Of a stretch of 64,000 nucleotides of DNA, positions 25,745 through 39,230 are shown one piece after another. Positions within the stretch are counted from its first letter, which is position 1, and every line of letters starts with the position of its first letter. Location: NCBI GenBank assembly GCA_038087875.1, contig CM075977.1, forward strand, positions 186,868,001 to 186,932,000, written 5' to 3'. The notes under the pieces were generated by a model. It did not search any database. It saw nothing but the letters and a program-made list of their open reading frames with translations, and had not been told where the DNA came from. The stretch comes from Malacoraja senta (taxonomy: Eukaryota). A program made the translations under genes and the position numbers.

Positions 25745-27287
25745 ATACAAGGCAGAGGGCCATTGACAGGAAGCCGTTGAACTAAGTACACTGAGCACAA
25801 AGAATCCCTGCTTGATGCACGATATGCTCTTCGGTTACAAACCAGACTTAACTTGGGTGCCTACTTGCTCAAAGAAAGAGTGTACTGAGAAAATATCATG
25901 CCTGAAAAATCAGCATTACAACTGATTTCACACCTGCCTTTCTTTAACTAGGCTTGTTTTAATTGCAACAGAATACATGCTTTTAGATTTAGAAATGGGT
26001 TTTTCACCAGACAACTGACTTCTAAATAAAACCAAATAAGTTAGGATCCCAAATCCCTTCTTGTGTAAAGCTAGGGAATGAGGGAAACACATTTGTCCTA
26101 AGAAAATGAAATGCTTGTAGGTGATCTACAATGCATTGGTTAATGGTGAATGAAGCTAACATTGTATTTTGGTATCATAGAAACGGAAACATAGAAAATA
26201 GGCACAGGAGTAGGCCATTTGGCCCTTCGAGCCAGCACCGCCATTCAATATGATCATGGCTGATCATCCAAAATCAGTGCCCCATTCCTACTTTCTCCCC
26301 ATATTCCTTGATTCCTTTCCTTGATTCCATGTACAATGTGTATTAATATGGTAATACGATTTCCTTTAACAACAGTTTGGTGAAGTTGTTGTTAGGCAGT
26401 GTGGTATAGGTAGGGGTTGGTAGGGGTCTGTTTTATATGTGCACACACCTGCTCAGCATGTCTGTGTGCGTAAACATTCACAACGCAGTAAGTCATGGGA
26501 CTCCAGCGGAGGAAAATACGCAATGGCTCAGTGTGGCCTCAGGACAATGGGAGGGACAGCCCCCATCTATGTTTCACATTCCCAAATTTCATGTCATTCT
26601 GCTGCCCCTTCCCATTCACCCATTCCCCAAATCTTCGGCTTTCTGACCAACAGCTCACAAATGGAACAAGGAGTAATCTTCCCCCCCACCCTACAAATAC
26701 TTTACCACTTGCAAGATGTTTCTTGCAATATTTACTGTTTTTCAACTCGTTAATGATTGAACTAAAGGATTTTCCCCGTTTTTTTGTTGTATGGTAACTA
26801 GGGTAAAGGTTAACAATGGTAAACAAGCTACATTAACTTGCCTGACGTTTTGTGTGCTCACCCTATATTTTCACTTTGGTGGCAATCAGTCATAGAATTT
26901 CTGCTCAGATCGTTATGGATTGTGTGCTTGCAAACACTTGTTGCTATCTCTCTTTAAGCTGAAAGGCTTAGTGCTGAGCTGCCTCCTGAATGGTGCTTTT
27001 GTACAACAGCTTTGCTGGACCTTTTCAAAAACCTAGCGTTAGCGCCAACGTTGATGCAATCTGTAATCACTGAGATGCACATCGGAGCTTTCATTCTAAC
27101 ACTCCACGGCTGACAGCTGAGTAAAATGGTAATTGTTCATTGGGGGGTGCTGTGGGTCATGATGCAGAGAAACCAGTGGAAATTAAAAAAAACTGCAGAT
27201 GATGGAAATCTGAAATCGAAGACCTGTGGTCAGAACTCTAAAGAAAGAGTAGCATTGGGTCTACAACCCATGAACCACATGTGATGT

Positions 27288-27910
27288 AAACATAGACAAT
27301 AGGTGCAGTAGGCCATTCACCGCTTCGAGCCATTCAATATCATCATGGCTGATTTCCAAAATCAGTACCCCATTCCTGCTTTCTCCCCATATCCCTTGAT
27401 TCCGTTAGCCCTAAGAGCTATATCTAACTCTCTCTTGGATACATCCAGCGTATTGGCCTCCACTGCCTTCTGTGGTAGAGAATTCCACAGATTCACAACT
27501 CTCTGGGTGAAAGAGTTTTTCCTCATCTCAGTCCTGTGTCAGAGAATCTGTGGAATTCTCTGCCACAGAAGGTAGTTGAGGCCAGTTCATTGGCTATATT
27601 TAAGAGGGAGTTAGATGTGGCCCTTGTGGCTAAAGGGATCAGGGGGTATGGAGATAAGGCAGGTACAGGATACTGAGTTGGATGATCAGCCATGATCATT
27701 GAATGGCGGTGCAGGCTCGAAGGGCCGAATGGCTTACTCCTGCACCTATTTTCTATGTTTCTATGTTAATGATACCCCTTATTCTTACACTGTGACCTCT
27801 GGTTCTGGACTCCCCCAACATCAGGAACATTTTTCCTGCATCTAGCCTGTCCAATCCCTTAAGAATTCTATATGTTTCTATAAGACTCCCTCTCATCCTT
27901 TTTAAATTCC
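27288..27910. mobile_element. Nested CR1 3' ends: plus-strand copy (~27536-27767) inside a minus-strand copy
   Basis: Both copies show a CR1 3' UTR with (TTCTATGT)-type tails; the host copy resumes with RGSLIETYRILKGLDRLD. Confidence 0.85.
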
Positions 27911-29888
27911 TGTGAATGTAGCGATTGGAGTCACATCTAGAACAAGTTGGGTTAGAATAGCAGAATTCCTTCCCTCGTCTCAGAGTCAGAATGTTGTGGG
28001 GTTTAAGCACCACTCCAGACACTTCACAAGAATACTAGATCGACACTGAGGGAATGCTGCATTATTGTATGTGCTGATTTTCATTTGAGATCTTTACTGC
28101 TCTTCCAGGTTAGAAGTTTAAAAAAATTCCACAAGGCTTAATGAAGAAGGACAGATGTGCTTGTTTGCAATGGACCCTCAGAAAATAATAATTAAGAAAA
28201 CATTATATTAACAACATAGTAAAAAGCTGGTTTCTAAAGGATATACCTTACATCATTATCCACAGCAGCTCCCATTGAATAATTGCCAATGTTCGCAGCT
28301 GTGGGTATTATAATGGAAGCTCCGGTGTATCTCAGTGATCACAGATTACCGCAATGTTGGCACCAGCACCAGCAAACTCAAGCACACATGTACGCCAGCA
28401 CAACTAGCTGGGGAGATGCAGATTCAATAAACTGATTAATTCTATGCCTCTATTAATTAAATTACACGGCAGAATGTTGTTTCTTTTATAAATTATACAA
28501 GACAGGATCAACAAATGAGGCTTGTATGGGATGAACTGAAGAATGAACAAAGGGGCTTCATGGTGCACGATGGGTCCCCCTACCTAAAGGAGGAAAGTAA
28601 AAGTTCAAATATGCATGCAAATTTCTGAGATGAAAAAGCAACAAAATTAGCAACAAAGCTGGATCAGTTCTTGTGCAAAGAGGGCTAATGGAACACAATT
28701 CTTTAGGTGCTTTCAAGAGAACTGCTTTAATCAGTATGTGAAAATCCCAATAAAAAGACAGTAGTGGATAGATTTAAGGAGTAGAGATTGGCATATGGAC
28801 AAATGACCAGCAAAGGACTTCAGTATGAATCATAATCCAATTCAGTATATTTATTGAAAAAGATTAAAATAAGATGGGAGTATACACTACAAATGAGGGG
28901 AATAACGAAAGTTTGGTGGAGATGTGATTTAGCACAAGCGGACTGGGAACGATAACTTCAAAGACATGTTTCAGAGAAGTTGGAGTTGACCATGAAGGTT
29001 CACAACAGAAATATAGTCATTAAACAAAGAGAATGAACCAGTGGTAGAGCCCGTGATGATGAGGAAAATGTATAAAACAAAATGGATAAAATAAAAATGG
29101 GAAGCTTATGACAAATACTGAGAGTTCAACGCAGCAGAAAGCCTGGAGCACAGAAATTGCAAGGGAGAAATTCAAAGAGAAATTACAAAGAGGCTACAAT
29201 TTAAAAAGAAACAATGTGGAGCAAACCACAGAGGTTATTACTAAAGAATGAGAATTAAAGAGGGGGAATGTTTAAAGTTAACTCTCCGAGTATGGAGGTA
29301 GATGGTGTGTATAACGTTTTGGACAAATACTTTGGGTCCACCTTCTCTTTCATTGGGGAAAGGGGTGATATAGCCATGATCATTTAGAAATAAGAATGTG
29401 AAGTATGAGAAGAGAAACAGAGAGAGAGAGAGGTTTGACATCTTTAAAATTGGATATATTGCTAAGCCCGAGTAAGATGTCACCCACTTTCTTAAAAGAA
29501 GCAGAAGAGGAAATGACACATTAACTGATCTTAGCTGATTATTGTCCATCCTACCACTGGGACAGTTATTTTCTCCTTAATATATCAAAATTACATCTAG
29601 AGTATTGTAAAATATCAATTTCCTTATTTTAAGGATGTTAGTGCTTTTGAATTAGTTTAGGGAAGGTCGACCATTCTGAAACTGAAAGTTGGCTTAAGAG
29701 GAAAGGTCGGATAGACCGGGCGTGATTCTGTTGCGGTGCAAAAGGTGAGAGGGCACTTGTTCAAAACAGGAAATACTGAGGGGTCATGACAGGGTGGACA
29801 TTCCAGAATTAATCAATGATTTGATGACAAATATTGACAACATAAGCAGGTTGACCTCTCTGATCGATATTACAAAGCCAGTACTCAC

Positions 29889-30005
29889 TCGAATCAGATC
29901 CATGGCTTGACTTTTTTCCATAAATTCCCAGATCTTTGGTCCCACTTCTTCCCACATCCCTCCAGCTTCCCTGAAGACACTAAGCTCTTGAAAAGTCTTG
30001 TTCAC
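29889..30005 (-). CDS. ABCA1-like: ABCA1-like exon 11 equivalent
   Basis: 117 bp; [39 protein letters not shown]. Confidence 0.95.
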
Positions 30006-32184
30006 CTAAAATTAATTTCAAAAAACACTATTGATATACATGAGAAACAGACATGCTTGTGACAGCCATAGATGGATGAATTTTGCTTAAATGATCACTG
30101 CAATCTCATTCCAAAAATTGTGGCATAAGCATTGAACAAAAAATATTATCATTTGGTTTCTTGATTTTAGAGTGTCAAAATAATATATAATAGTATTTAC
30201 AATATACAACAACAACAAAAATTACAGTTTAATCACTACTGATCTAATCTAAGCTTAGATCGTAGTTTATAGCATTGAAAGAGCCTTGAAATAAGATGGG
30301 AAAATAAAGGAGAAATAGGCAATATGGCTATCAAACTTGCTCCCCTGTGCAATTATATGATATTTGTCCCTTTCTCATATCCCTTAATACTTTTGGGTTA
30401 AAGATTTGGTTTTATCTCGCAAATTTAAAATTAACACTAGTATAATTTGCAGAAGAGAAATTCCAAATTTCTACCACCATCTGTGTGTAAGAATGTTTTC
30501 TAACTTCGCAGCTCATTTTGCCCACACGTCCTTTGACTGTCCAACTAGTCTGAATTTAGAGCCTGAAGAACAGTCTCGACCTGAAACGTCACCCATTTCT
30601 TCTCTCCAGAGATGCGGCCTGTCGCGCTGAGTTACACCAGCTTTTTGTGTCTATCTTTTAGTTTAAATAATTATGTGCTCTGTAACCTATTGATTCCCTT
30701 GAATATCTTAGAAATTTCAATTAAATTATTTCTTTCTTTTCTAAATTCCAGAGAATATGCATGATCGTTCATAATCTGATTTTTGGAGCCCAGATGTTAT
30801 ACTGGCAAATCTATGCGTGTCTCTCTCCAAGGGCAATATACAGTATCTATTAAAGGTACGGTGCCTAGAATGCTCACTGATGCTCCAGATGTGGTCTCAG
30901 CTGCAATATAGCTTCTACTGCCTTGTAGTTTGGAATTGAAAGTCAGCATCTGAATAGCTCTTCTGATTCTTCTGTATCATTCATTATATTGTTGTGAGCA
31001 ATAAAACTGGACTCTTAAGACACTTTGGAACTCAACTGTGTGTAACATTTCACTTTTTAGATAGAACTCTGTTCTGTCCTTTGTCGGTCCATTTGTCTGT
31101 CCTTTGAATTTAATTTACGACAGTTTTGCATATTCATTCAATTTATTAATATCTCTTTGTAATTTAAAGCGCTTGTCTACACCGTTCGCAATACCAGTAC
31201 ATTCTACACTCATGTCATCACTCTAGGGCCAATTATCTTTTCAAAACAATGAAGGCTCGGATTGCATTATGGACAAGTAAGTATCCTGTCATTGCCAAAA
31301 TGGATTGTTTTCTTATGAAAATAAAACATGATTTTCTAGCATTGTATTCTATGCACTACGATGTTCTTCACCATTCATATTAGAATAAGAATTTAACCAT
31401 AGATATTGCACAATAAAATAATATATGCACAGTTACAGGGGATTTGCAACTGTAGGGTTTTCCTTCGGTCTCTTGTAGTGATGAGCTACTTACAATCATA
31501 TGTGCAATCTAAATGCTGGTCTTCTAGAAGAACCCTATCAATCTCATGGCAACAGTATCATCAGGAAATAGTTTCACAGTTTTGAGTACAAACCGTGAAG
31601 TTTAAAATGGAAACCCTATGAACAGTGAGGTGAAGAAAATGCAGATAAAAATGCGGCATGGAATCATTCCTGCGTTTGGCAGCCTAATGGTTGGACTGAC
31701 CTAGAAGGTCATCTGTTCCCCATCTTACTATTGGTAAATCGTGTGAATGGCTTCAGTAAAACTGATCACTTCCAGGTTGTAAACTATAAGAACATGGGCA
31801 AACCTTTTGCTCATTAGGTTCCTATTCTTCAGCTCAATAGAATCACTCATATTAATTCTTCCAAATAAGGCACCCATTTTGTGTTTGAATCCAAATCCCT
31901 AAGAGCTGAAAGACTCTCACTGCCTTCAGATTAATTTGGTTGCTGCATAAATCACAACAAAGAAAAGTGCTTTGGAAACTACCAATTAGATATTCAACGA
32001 GTTCCCTTTTAACCCATCTGAAGATAAAGTCAATCGTAAAGTCGAATTGATGATCATACTTTTCTTTCAACTAAACTTTCTAGATGCACAACTTTCGCTT
32101 TTTCGCTTCAGATATTTTCAACATTCTAGATGCACATTGTTTTAAAACTTTTGCTTCAGATGCTTTCAACTTTCAACTTTCTAG

Positions 32185-32505
32185 ATGCATAATCTCTTGC
32201 CCAGTGTAGGGGAATTGAGGACCAGAGGACATAGCTTCAAGGTGAAAGGGAAAAGATTTAATAGGAATCTGAGGGGTAACATTTTCACACAAAGGGTGGT
32301 GTGTATAAGGAAAAGGTGCCAGAAGAAGTCATTGAGGCGGGGACTATCCCATCGCTTAAGAAACAGCGATGGTACATGGATAGGACAGGTTTGGAGGGAT
32401 ATGGACCAAGCGCAGGCAGGTGGGACTAGTGTAGCTGGGACATGTTGGCCGGTGTGGGCAAGTTGGCCGAAGGCCTGTTTCCACAAAGTTTCACTCTATG
32501 ACTCC
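32185..32505 (+). mobile_element. CR1 3' fragment
   Basis: RTRGHSFKVKGKRFNRNLRGNIFTQRVV. Confidence 0.85.
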
Positions 32506-32710
32506 ATACGTGGGTTGATAGCTTGGAATCCTGAAGGTAATCAATCACACTGAAGCTTGCCCTAACTGAGTGCATTTTATCACATTAAGTTGCTTTCCCA
32601 ATAGGAAAAGTATCCAAAGAAACATGGGTAGATTGAGACAAAATTGAATTAGGAATTTGAAAACTAAAAAACAGGTCTTGGCTAACTCTCCATAAAATAA
32701 GAAAGCTTAC

Positions 32711-32849
32711 CTCTTTGACAATTTTACGGGTTACAGGGGTATCGGGAGTGTACAGAACTTTACCAATCAACAATGGTTTCATCGCCCTCCAGATCATTTT
32801 TGAGATGGGATTGGATCCAACGTCTTCATTAAATCATTGCAGTATGGAG
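32711..32849 (-). CDS. ABCA1-like: ABCA1-like exon 10 equivalent, with a 1-bp frameshift
   Basis: 139 bp where 140 is needed; TPYCNDLMKTL / SNPISKMIWRAMKPLLIGKVLYTPDTP...KE lie in two different frames. Confidence 0.9.
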
Positions 32850-33904
32850 CTTAAAAGGAAAAACAACTTTTATTCTTGGAAATGATATACAACTGGACTT
32901 TGTGATATTTCTCATCGAAAATATGATNNNNNNNNNNNNNNNNNNNNNNNNNNNNNNNNNNNNNNNNNNNNNNNNNNNNNNNNNNNNNNNNNNNNNNNNN
33001 NNNNNNNNNNNNNNNNNNNNNNNNNNNNNNNNNNNNNNNNNNNNNNNNNNNNNNNNNNNNNNNNNNNNNNNNNNNNNNNNNNNNNNNNNNNNNNNNNATG
33101 AAGGTAGGTTAGGGAAAAGAAAGACAAAATACTTATTTTTCAGTCGCTCCTGCCATGTCCTCAGGATGCCCCTGTGCATATACATTCAATGTGCAAATAT
33201 CAAACTCCAGCAAAAGCATTTATTTAACCCTTGGTTATGGATTCAACATCAGACTTGTTCATCAAAATTTGGCTGTGATGTCTGTTTGCATCCACCTCTG
33301 ATTGTGGTACCACAACCAAAGAGCAGTGCTGAACTACTATCTGCCTCTTTGGTGACCCTCGGACTATCCTTGATCGGATTTTGCTGGCTTTACCTTGCAC
33401 TAAATGTTATTCCTTATCATGTGTCTATGCACTGTAAATGGCTCGATTGTAATCACATATTGTCTTTCCGCTGACCTCGGTACACGTGACAGTAACCTAA
33501 ACTGCAAACTGCAACTGCTAACTGAGGAAAGATGGGGTCTTTGCTTAATGTGTATTCTGAAAGACACATTAAGATTTATTTATTGATTCTCTATAATGAG
33601 GGTCACCATCTCTGACTGGATATATTGTAGGAGGTTACATCACTTGACCTCCTGCCTTCAACAGCCCCACCTGATCAAGTAGCCTGTCTCCCATTTCAAA
33701 AGTCTTTAGCACCAATGAATGAATTTGTCAAAATCTTCCATTTTGTAGTAATGTCCCTCGACTTCAATTTCCCTGACACCCCCCGCCCCCCCCAATACCG
33801 TCACCCCCCTACAAGTTGATCTCCTTTCTGAATTTGTTTTTGTTATTCTTGGAAGGTCCACAGCAATCCTGCAAAGTTGGCAAATTATTTATGATTAATT
33901 TGGC

Positions 33905-33908
<4 letters not shown>

Positions 33909-33941
<33 letters not shown>
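33909..33941. repeat. (CT)n microsatellite
   Basis: Visible directly in the sequence. Confidence 0.95.
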
Positions 33942-33945
<4 letters not shown>

Positions 33946-34034
33946 CTTGTGCAATATAGTTCAGCCTATCACATCAGTTATTTATTACACAAGTACTTTT
34001 ACATGTGTGGCAAAGACTAATGGCAGACACTCAC

Positions 34035-34272
34035 TTGTTGAATTGTCATAGTGCGAGGACTCTTCTTCCGTGCTATTTCTGCCCAGAAGGAACTTGTAGT
34101 TGTTGTCTTCGTACCAATTCAGGGATTTGATTTTTAAGCCCCCGCCCTCTGGGTGCCCACACACAATCCTCGACACGGTTTGGTACAGCTCCTGTGGTGA
34201 CCCCGTCAAGCTGTCGTTGTTCAGCAGCTTCACCTCTCTTCTCATATCGCTCCAACTCTTAACCTCAGTCAG
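34035..34272 (-). CDS. ABCA1-like: ABCA1-like exon 9 equivalent
   Basis: 238 bp; [14 protein letters not shown]...[28 protein letters not shown]...YDNST. Confidence 0.95.
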
Positions 34273-35671
34273 CTGTACACAGACAGAGAGACAGGGAATC
34301 GAGAGGTTTAGTGTGTACCCAGGAACAAAGCTGGTACCTCCCCGTCCTCCCAACTGCAGGAAAGATTAGTTTTCACCCAAAGATGGACACAAAGTGCTGG
34401 AGTAACTCAGCGGAACAGGCAGCATCCCTGGAAAGAAGGAAGGGGTGAAGTTTTGGGTCGAGATCCTTCATCCGTGTGAAGAAGTTGAGAGGGGCAACGT
34501 TTTTAGATGATGTGTGTGGCATTTTTTTTTACACCGAGGATGGTGAATGCATGGAATGTGCTGCCATGGTTGGTGGTTGAGACAGATACGATAGTGGCAT
34601 TTAGGAGAGTTTTAGATAGGCATATGGATACATAGGGAATGGCANNNNNNNNNNNNNNNNNNNNNNNNNNNNNNNNNNNNNNNNNNNNNNNNNNNNNNNN
34701 NNNNNNNNNNNNNNNNNNNNNNNNNNNNNNNNNNNNNNNNNNNNNNNNNNNNNNNNNNNNNNNNNNNNNNNNNNNNNNNNNNNNNNNNNNNNNNNNNNNN
34801 NNNNNNNNNNNNNNNNNNNNNNNNNNNNNNNNNNNNNNNNNNNNNNNNNNNNNNNNNNNAGGGGGAGAGTGTCAATATTTTTGGTTGGAATCAGTGTTAG
34901 GTTATTGACCTGAAACTTTGAGTCTGATTCACTCTCCACACAACCTGCTGGGTACCGCCAGCATTTTCTGTTTTAGTTAACAGCAGCTCATGTCTTATGG
35001 TCTGATTGACAGTACAAGAAATGTAGTTAACTGGCAGTTGGCAGAAGTCCAAATGAAATGCAAGTTCTCCTTGATAGTGTGTTCTGGGACAACTTGGCCA
35101 CGTCAGCCGATTTGATATCACATGGCTTCAATTATTTTTAACAGACAAAGGCAAACCAAAGTGGTGTAACAGGAAAAGTGTAACCTGACACTGCAGCATG
35201 CTCATACTGTAAGCCTACTTCTGCTCATTTACACTCATGCAACAGAGAGAAAAAATAGATATATTCAACATTTTATGCAGCAGTGTTTGTAGCCAGTTCA
35301 CTTGTTTTTGGTGTTTTTATTTTCTGTGACATGGACCAGAAAGGAAAAGGATATGAAACCACACTGTAAAATCTTAATCCAGAAATAACCTTGCGGCTTG
35401 TCAGCCTCTGTTGTACAGCAGGGTTACTAAAGTTCATTTGACAGAAGGCTCCTACCCGATTAAAATGCATAATTCATAAACCTTGTGTTGAAGGGAGGGG
35501 AGATCCTGGGATAATAGCCACTATTCAATTAATGAAGGATCAAACAAAGAAATGCTGCAGACACGATAGAATATAGCACCAGTGTAATGTGTCGAAACAT
35601 GCAAACAGTGTGCCAACATGGAGCAGGCAAAAGAACAACAAACAAGGGAACGGAGCAGAAAAGGCAGAGAT

Positions 35672-35845
35672 GTGTAGGAAGGAACTGCAGATGCTGGTTT
35701 AAACTGAAGATAGACACAAAATGCTGGAGTAACTCAGCGGGACAGGCAGCATCTCTGGAGAGAAGGAATGGGTGACGTTTTGGGAAGAACCCTTCTTCAG
35801 ACTAGAGTCCGGGTAAAGGGAAACGAGAGATATAGACGGTGATGT
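35672..35845 (-). mobile_element. Penelope terminal repeat
   Basis: Family sequence gtaggaaggaactgcagatgctggtttaaa...cccttcttcagac. Confidence 0.8.
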
Positions 35846-36695
35846 ACAAAGGACAAAGGACATTTATTGTCACATACACCAATTGGTGCAGTGAAATTTG
35901 AGTTACCATGCAGCACACAAATAAGATAAACACAACACTATAGAATTTAACATAAAACATAAAAAACATCCCCCCACAGCAAATTCAACATTTCCCACTG
36001 CGAGGGAAGGCAACAAAGTTCAGTCCTCTTCCTCTTGTTCACCCGTGGTCGGGGCCAATTTGAGGCCTCCGCAGTCGCCGCACGGTGGCAAGATGTTTCA
36101 GGCCCTCTCGCCGGGATGATGGAGATCCGGCGTCAGAACGGAGAACACTCTCAGCGGCCTGCAGTTCCAAATTGGCCGTTTCCTACCGGAGACCGCGGCT
36201 TCGGAAGTCCTAAGGCCGAGCTGGGCGGAGCTCCAACACTGGCGATCCTCGGCGAAAGATCCCAGGCCTCCGCGATGTTAAAGTCAGCTCCGCCCGCAGC
36301 TGGAACTCCGCAGACCACAGCTCCACGGTGTTAAAGTCGGCAGGCCCAATACTCCGGAGCTCCAACACGGCGATCTGGGTAGGGCATCGTCCGCTCCGCG
36401 ATGGTCATACAGTGCTGCGCTGCTGCTGAAGCTCTGGCCGGTCTCCAGCAGGAAAGGCCGCGCCAATCCAGATGGTAGGCCACGAGGGGAGGGGGGGGGG
36501 CGAAGATGCGACTCGGAGAATAGACGCATCCTCGACCAGGAAGTGACTGAGAAGACGGTTTCCCCCTCCCCCTGAAAATAAAAAGGACTAAAAGACCTCC
36601 AAAAACAAACTTTTAGACAGACTAAAAATAACAAAAAGAAAGAAAGGACATACAGCTGCTGGCAAGGCTGCCATACTCGATAGCACCACCACTCG
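35846..36695 (-). mobile_element. GC-rich non-autonomous retroelement with Rex/Babar-like 3' tail
   Basis: Minus strand ends aatttcactgca...tgtgacaataaa(tgtcctt)n; abuts a Penelope repeat. Confidence 0.65.
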
Positions 36696-36864
36696 ACGAG
36701 TCAGTGAAGAGATATACTGAGAAGAGATATACTGAGAAGTGAGTTGAGTGCAGCCTTGAGGACAGTATAGGTTTTCTTCACAGAGCAGACTAACCAAAGA
36801 ATGTTTCCGCCAACAGGGAGATCCAAGGACCATCGGTGTAAGGCGGTCACTAACAAATCCAACA

Positions 36865-37250
36865 TTGCTCATTGAAACATACAGAATAGTGAAAGGCTTG
36901 GATAGAGTGGATGTGGAGAGGATGTTTCCACAAGTGAGAGAGTCTAGGACTAGATGTTATAGCTTCAGAATTAAACGACGTTCTTTTAGGAAGGAGATGG
37001 GGAGGGATTTTTTTAGTCAGAGGGTGGTGAATCTGTGGATTTCTTTGCCACAGAAGGGTGTGGAGGCCAAGTCAATGGATGTTTTTAAGGCAGAGACAGA
37101 TAGATTCTTGATTAGTATGGGTGACAGAGGTTATGGGGAGAAGGCCGGAGAATAGGGTTAGGATGGAGAGATGGATCAGCCATGATTGAATGGTGGAGTA
37201 GACTTGATGGGTTGAATGGCCTAATTCTACTCCTATTCCTGATGACCTTA
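36865..37250 (+). mobile_element. CR1 3' fragment (duplicate at ~55855-56240)
   Basis: LIETYRIVKGLDRVDVERMFP...FFSQRVVNLW plus 3' UTR. Confidence 0.88.
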
Positions 37251-37536
37251 TGAATTGTATTTGATAAGAATAGGTTTCTGAGGGAAAGCTCGATAAACAT
37301 AGGAAGGATAACTGAAAAGAAAATTAAAATGTAAACAAAATGTGCTGGGAGCAGTCAGCCAGTCAAGCAGCTTCTCTGGGGAGTGGAACAGTGAACATTT
37401 CAGTTTCTTTTTCCACGTTTGAGCAGTTGCAGCATTTCCTGGTTTTCTTTAGGATTTCCATAACTTGCTTCAAAAAGGAAGGGATTCAAGGAATATGGAA
37501 ACAACAAACTGCAGATGATGGTTTACACAAAAACCA

Positions 37537-37830
37537 GGGCGGCACAATGGCACAGTGGTAGAGTTGCTGCCTTACAGCGCCAGAGACCCGGGTTCGATCC
37601 TAACTACGGGTGCTGTGTGTATGGAGTTTGTACATTCTCCCTGTGACTGCGTGGGGTTTCACCGGGTGCTCCGGTTTCCTTCCACACTCCAAAGACATAC
37701 AGGTTTGTAGGTTAATTGGCCTCAGTAAATTGTCCCTAGTGTGCAGAATAGTGTTAGTGCACAGTGTGATCGCTGGTTGGCACGGACTCGATGGACCGAA
37801 GGGCCTGTTTCTGTGCTGAATCTCTAAAGA
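37537..37830 (+). mobile_element. V-SINE (HE1-like; duplicate at ~56525-56820)
   Basis: ggcggcac..tggcacagtggtagagttgctgcc..ggttcgatcc A/B boxes plus V-domain. Confidence 0.85.
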
Positions 37831-39140
37831 CTAAGGAGGGGAGATTAATTTGCATCGTACATAAATGTGGGCCAATTGGTATTTTGTGCCTGTCCACTTT
37901 ATTTTTTGGAATGACAATTTTCTGTGAAGTATAAACTTATGAACTATATGGTATCGTAACCCGAGGAAAGCAGCAAGAAGAGCAGACGAACAATCACAAA
38001 CCCCAAACTCATTACATCACTGACATTTGGCAAGAACATTTTGTTTTTCACTCTTGAGTCACAGCAGTTTTAAGTCAGGTAAGCAGGAACTGTCCTCCTG
38101 TAGCCAAGCAACTGTATTTTCTTCATGCATGGGTTAATTAGGTATGTCAAATTAGTAGCAAAGTTAAAGGCTACCATAAGGGCATTTTTAAGCAATGCGC
38201 TGGCCCTAAAACCCGCACATTGAAAGGAATGCCACTTTTATCAGATTCCTGTTAGCTGTGTCAGGTTAAAATTGCCCCCATTATATTGCAGCAGAGTTGC
38301 ATAGGTTTGACCTTTATACCGAGTGCTATCAGTTAGTTTACCTGAGCGGATAAACTGCCTATTTTCAAGCAAACCTTATGTAAAGCCCATTGATATCCAA
38401 CGGGTCAAATTAGGCGAGTTCCACAATGGGCAGACCTACCCATGATCTTTTGTACCTTGCCCTTTTGCCTAAATCTACTTTATACAGGCAGAAAAACAAT
38501 CTGTGCTGATGTCGTGAAGGATCCATATGCATCGTATTTGGGCAAAGTTAATGCAATTTGGGTTTTGGAAATGAAACAATAACTCTGATTCTTTTTCCAG
38601 GGGTGCAATCTGACCTGCTGAGTATTTCCAGCATTTTCTGGATTTATTATAAATGAATTTCCCAAAGGCCTGAGTCTGTAGTAGGAAACTGCAATACCGT
38701 GACTCTAAATTGGCATTCCTAAGGAGAGGCACAGCGATGTTGGAAATGGGAAGGGTCAACTGGCGAGACATGTTTTCTAATGATTGGATCAAAACCATTG
38801 TTTGTGGATTATGCTTGGGGTGCTCTGGATATCTCTGTGGCAGACTGAACCACTGGAATGGAGGGGAAAATATCATCTTCACTTTAATCGTTTCAGATGT
38901 TCACCCAAAAAGAAAGAAAAACAACAAACATCTCAGAAAGGTGCAGTTACATTATGAGACCAGCCGACTAACTCTGTCACACACAAACAGACTATCACAT
39001 GGCACAGGAACCCATGCATACCTCTGTACAAAAGGAACACCAAGTGTAAAACAAAGTCTTGCGGAAATCAACAATGGTCACCTGGGCACCATCTAATACC
39101 AGTTCCCAAACCTACTAATTCAGCTGCTAGGTCATCGTAC

Positions 39141-39230
39141 CTCTTGAGTGAGAATCATGAGATTTTTAAGCACTGAGTCCATGGCATTAACTACTTCTAA
39201 TGTTGCAGGAGGATCAATGGCCATTCCCTT
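39141..39230 (-). CDS. ABCA1-like: ABCA1-like exon 8 equivalent (copy 1)
   Basis: 90 bp, phase 0-0, AG/GT; KGMAIDPPATLEVVNAMDSVLKNLMILTQE (divergent; human ends ...LAQE). Confidence 0.8.

Noticed and set aside
34899-34911. AGGTTAtTGACCT, an IR1 (FXRE-like) motif
   Set aside because: It lies within a Penelope-type terminal-repeat fragment (gttattgacctgaaac), so it is likely repeat-derived.
36705-36740. 15-bp tandem duplication GAAGAGATATACTGA (and a 16-bp one at 12962-12995)
   Set aside because: Only two units with no spacers; local slippage, not an array or CRISPR.
37537-37610. tRNA-like A/B boxes
   Set aside because: These are SINE heads continuing into a V-domain, not tRNA genes.
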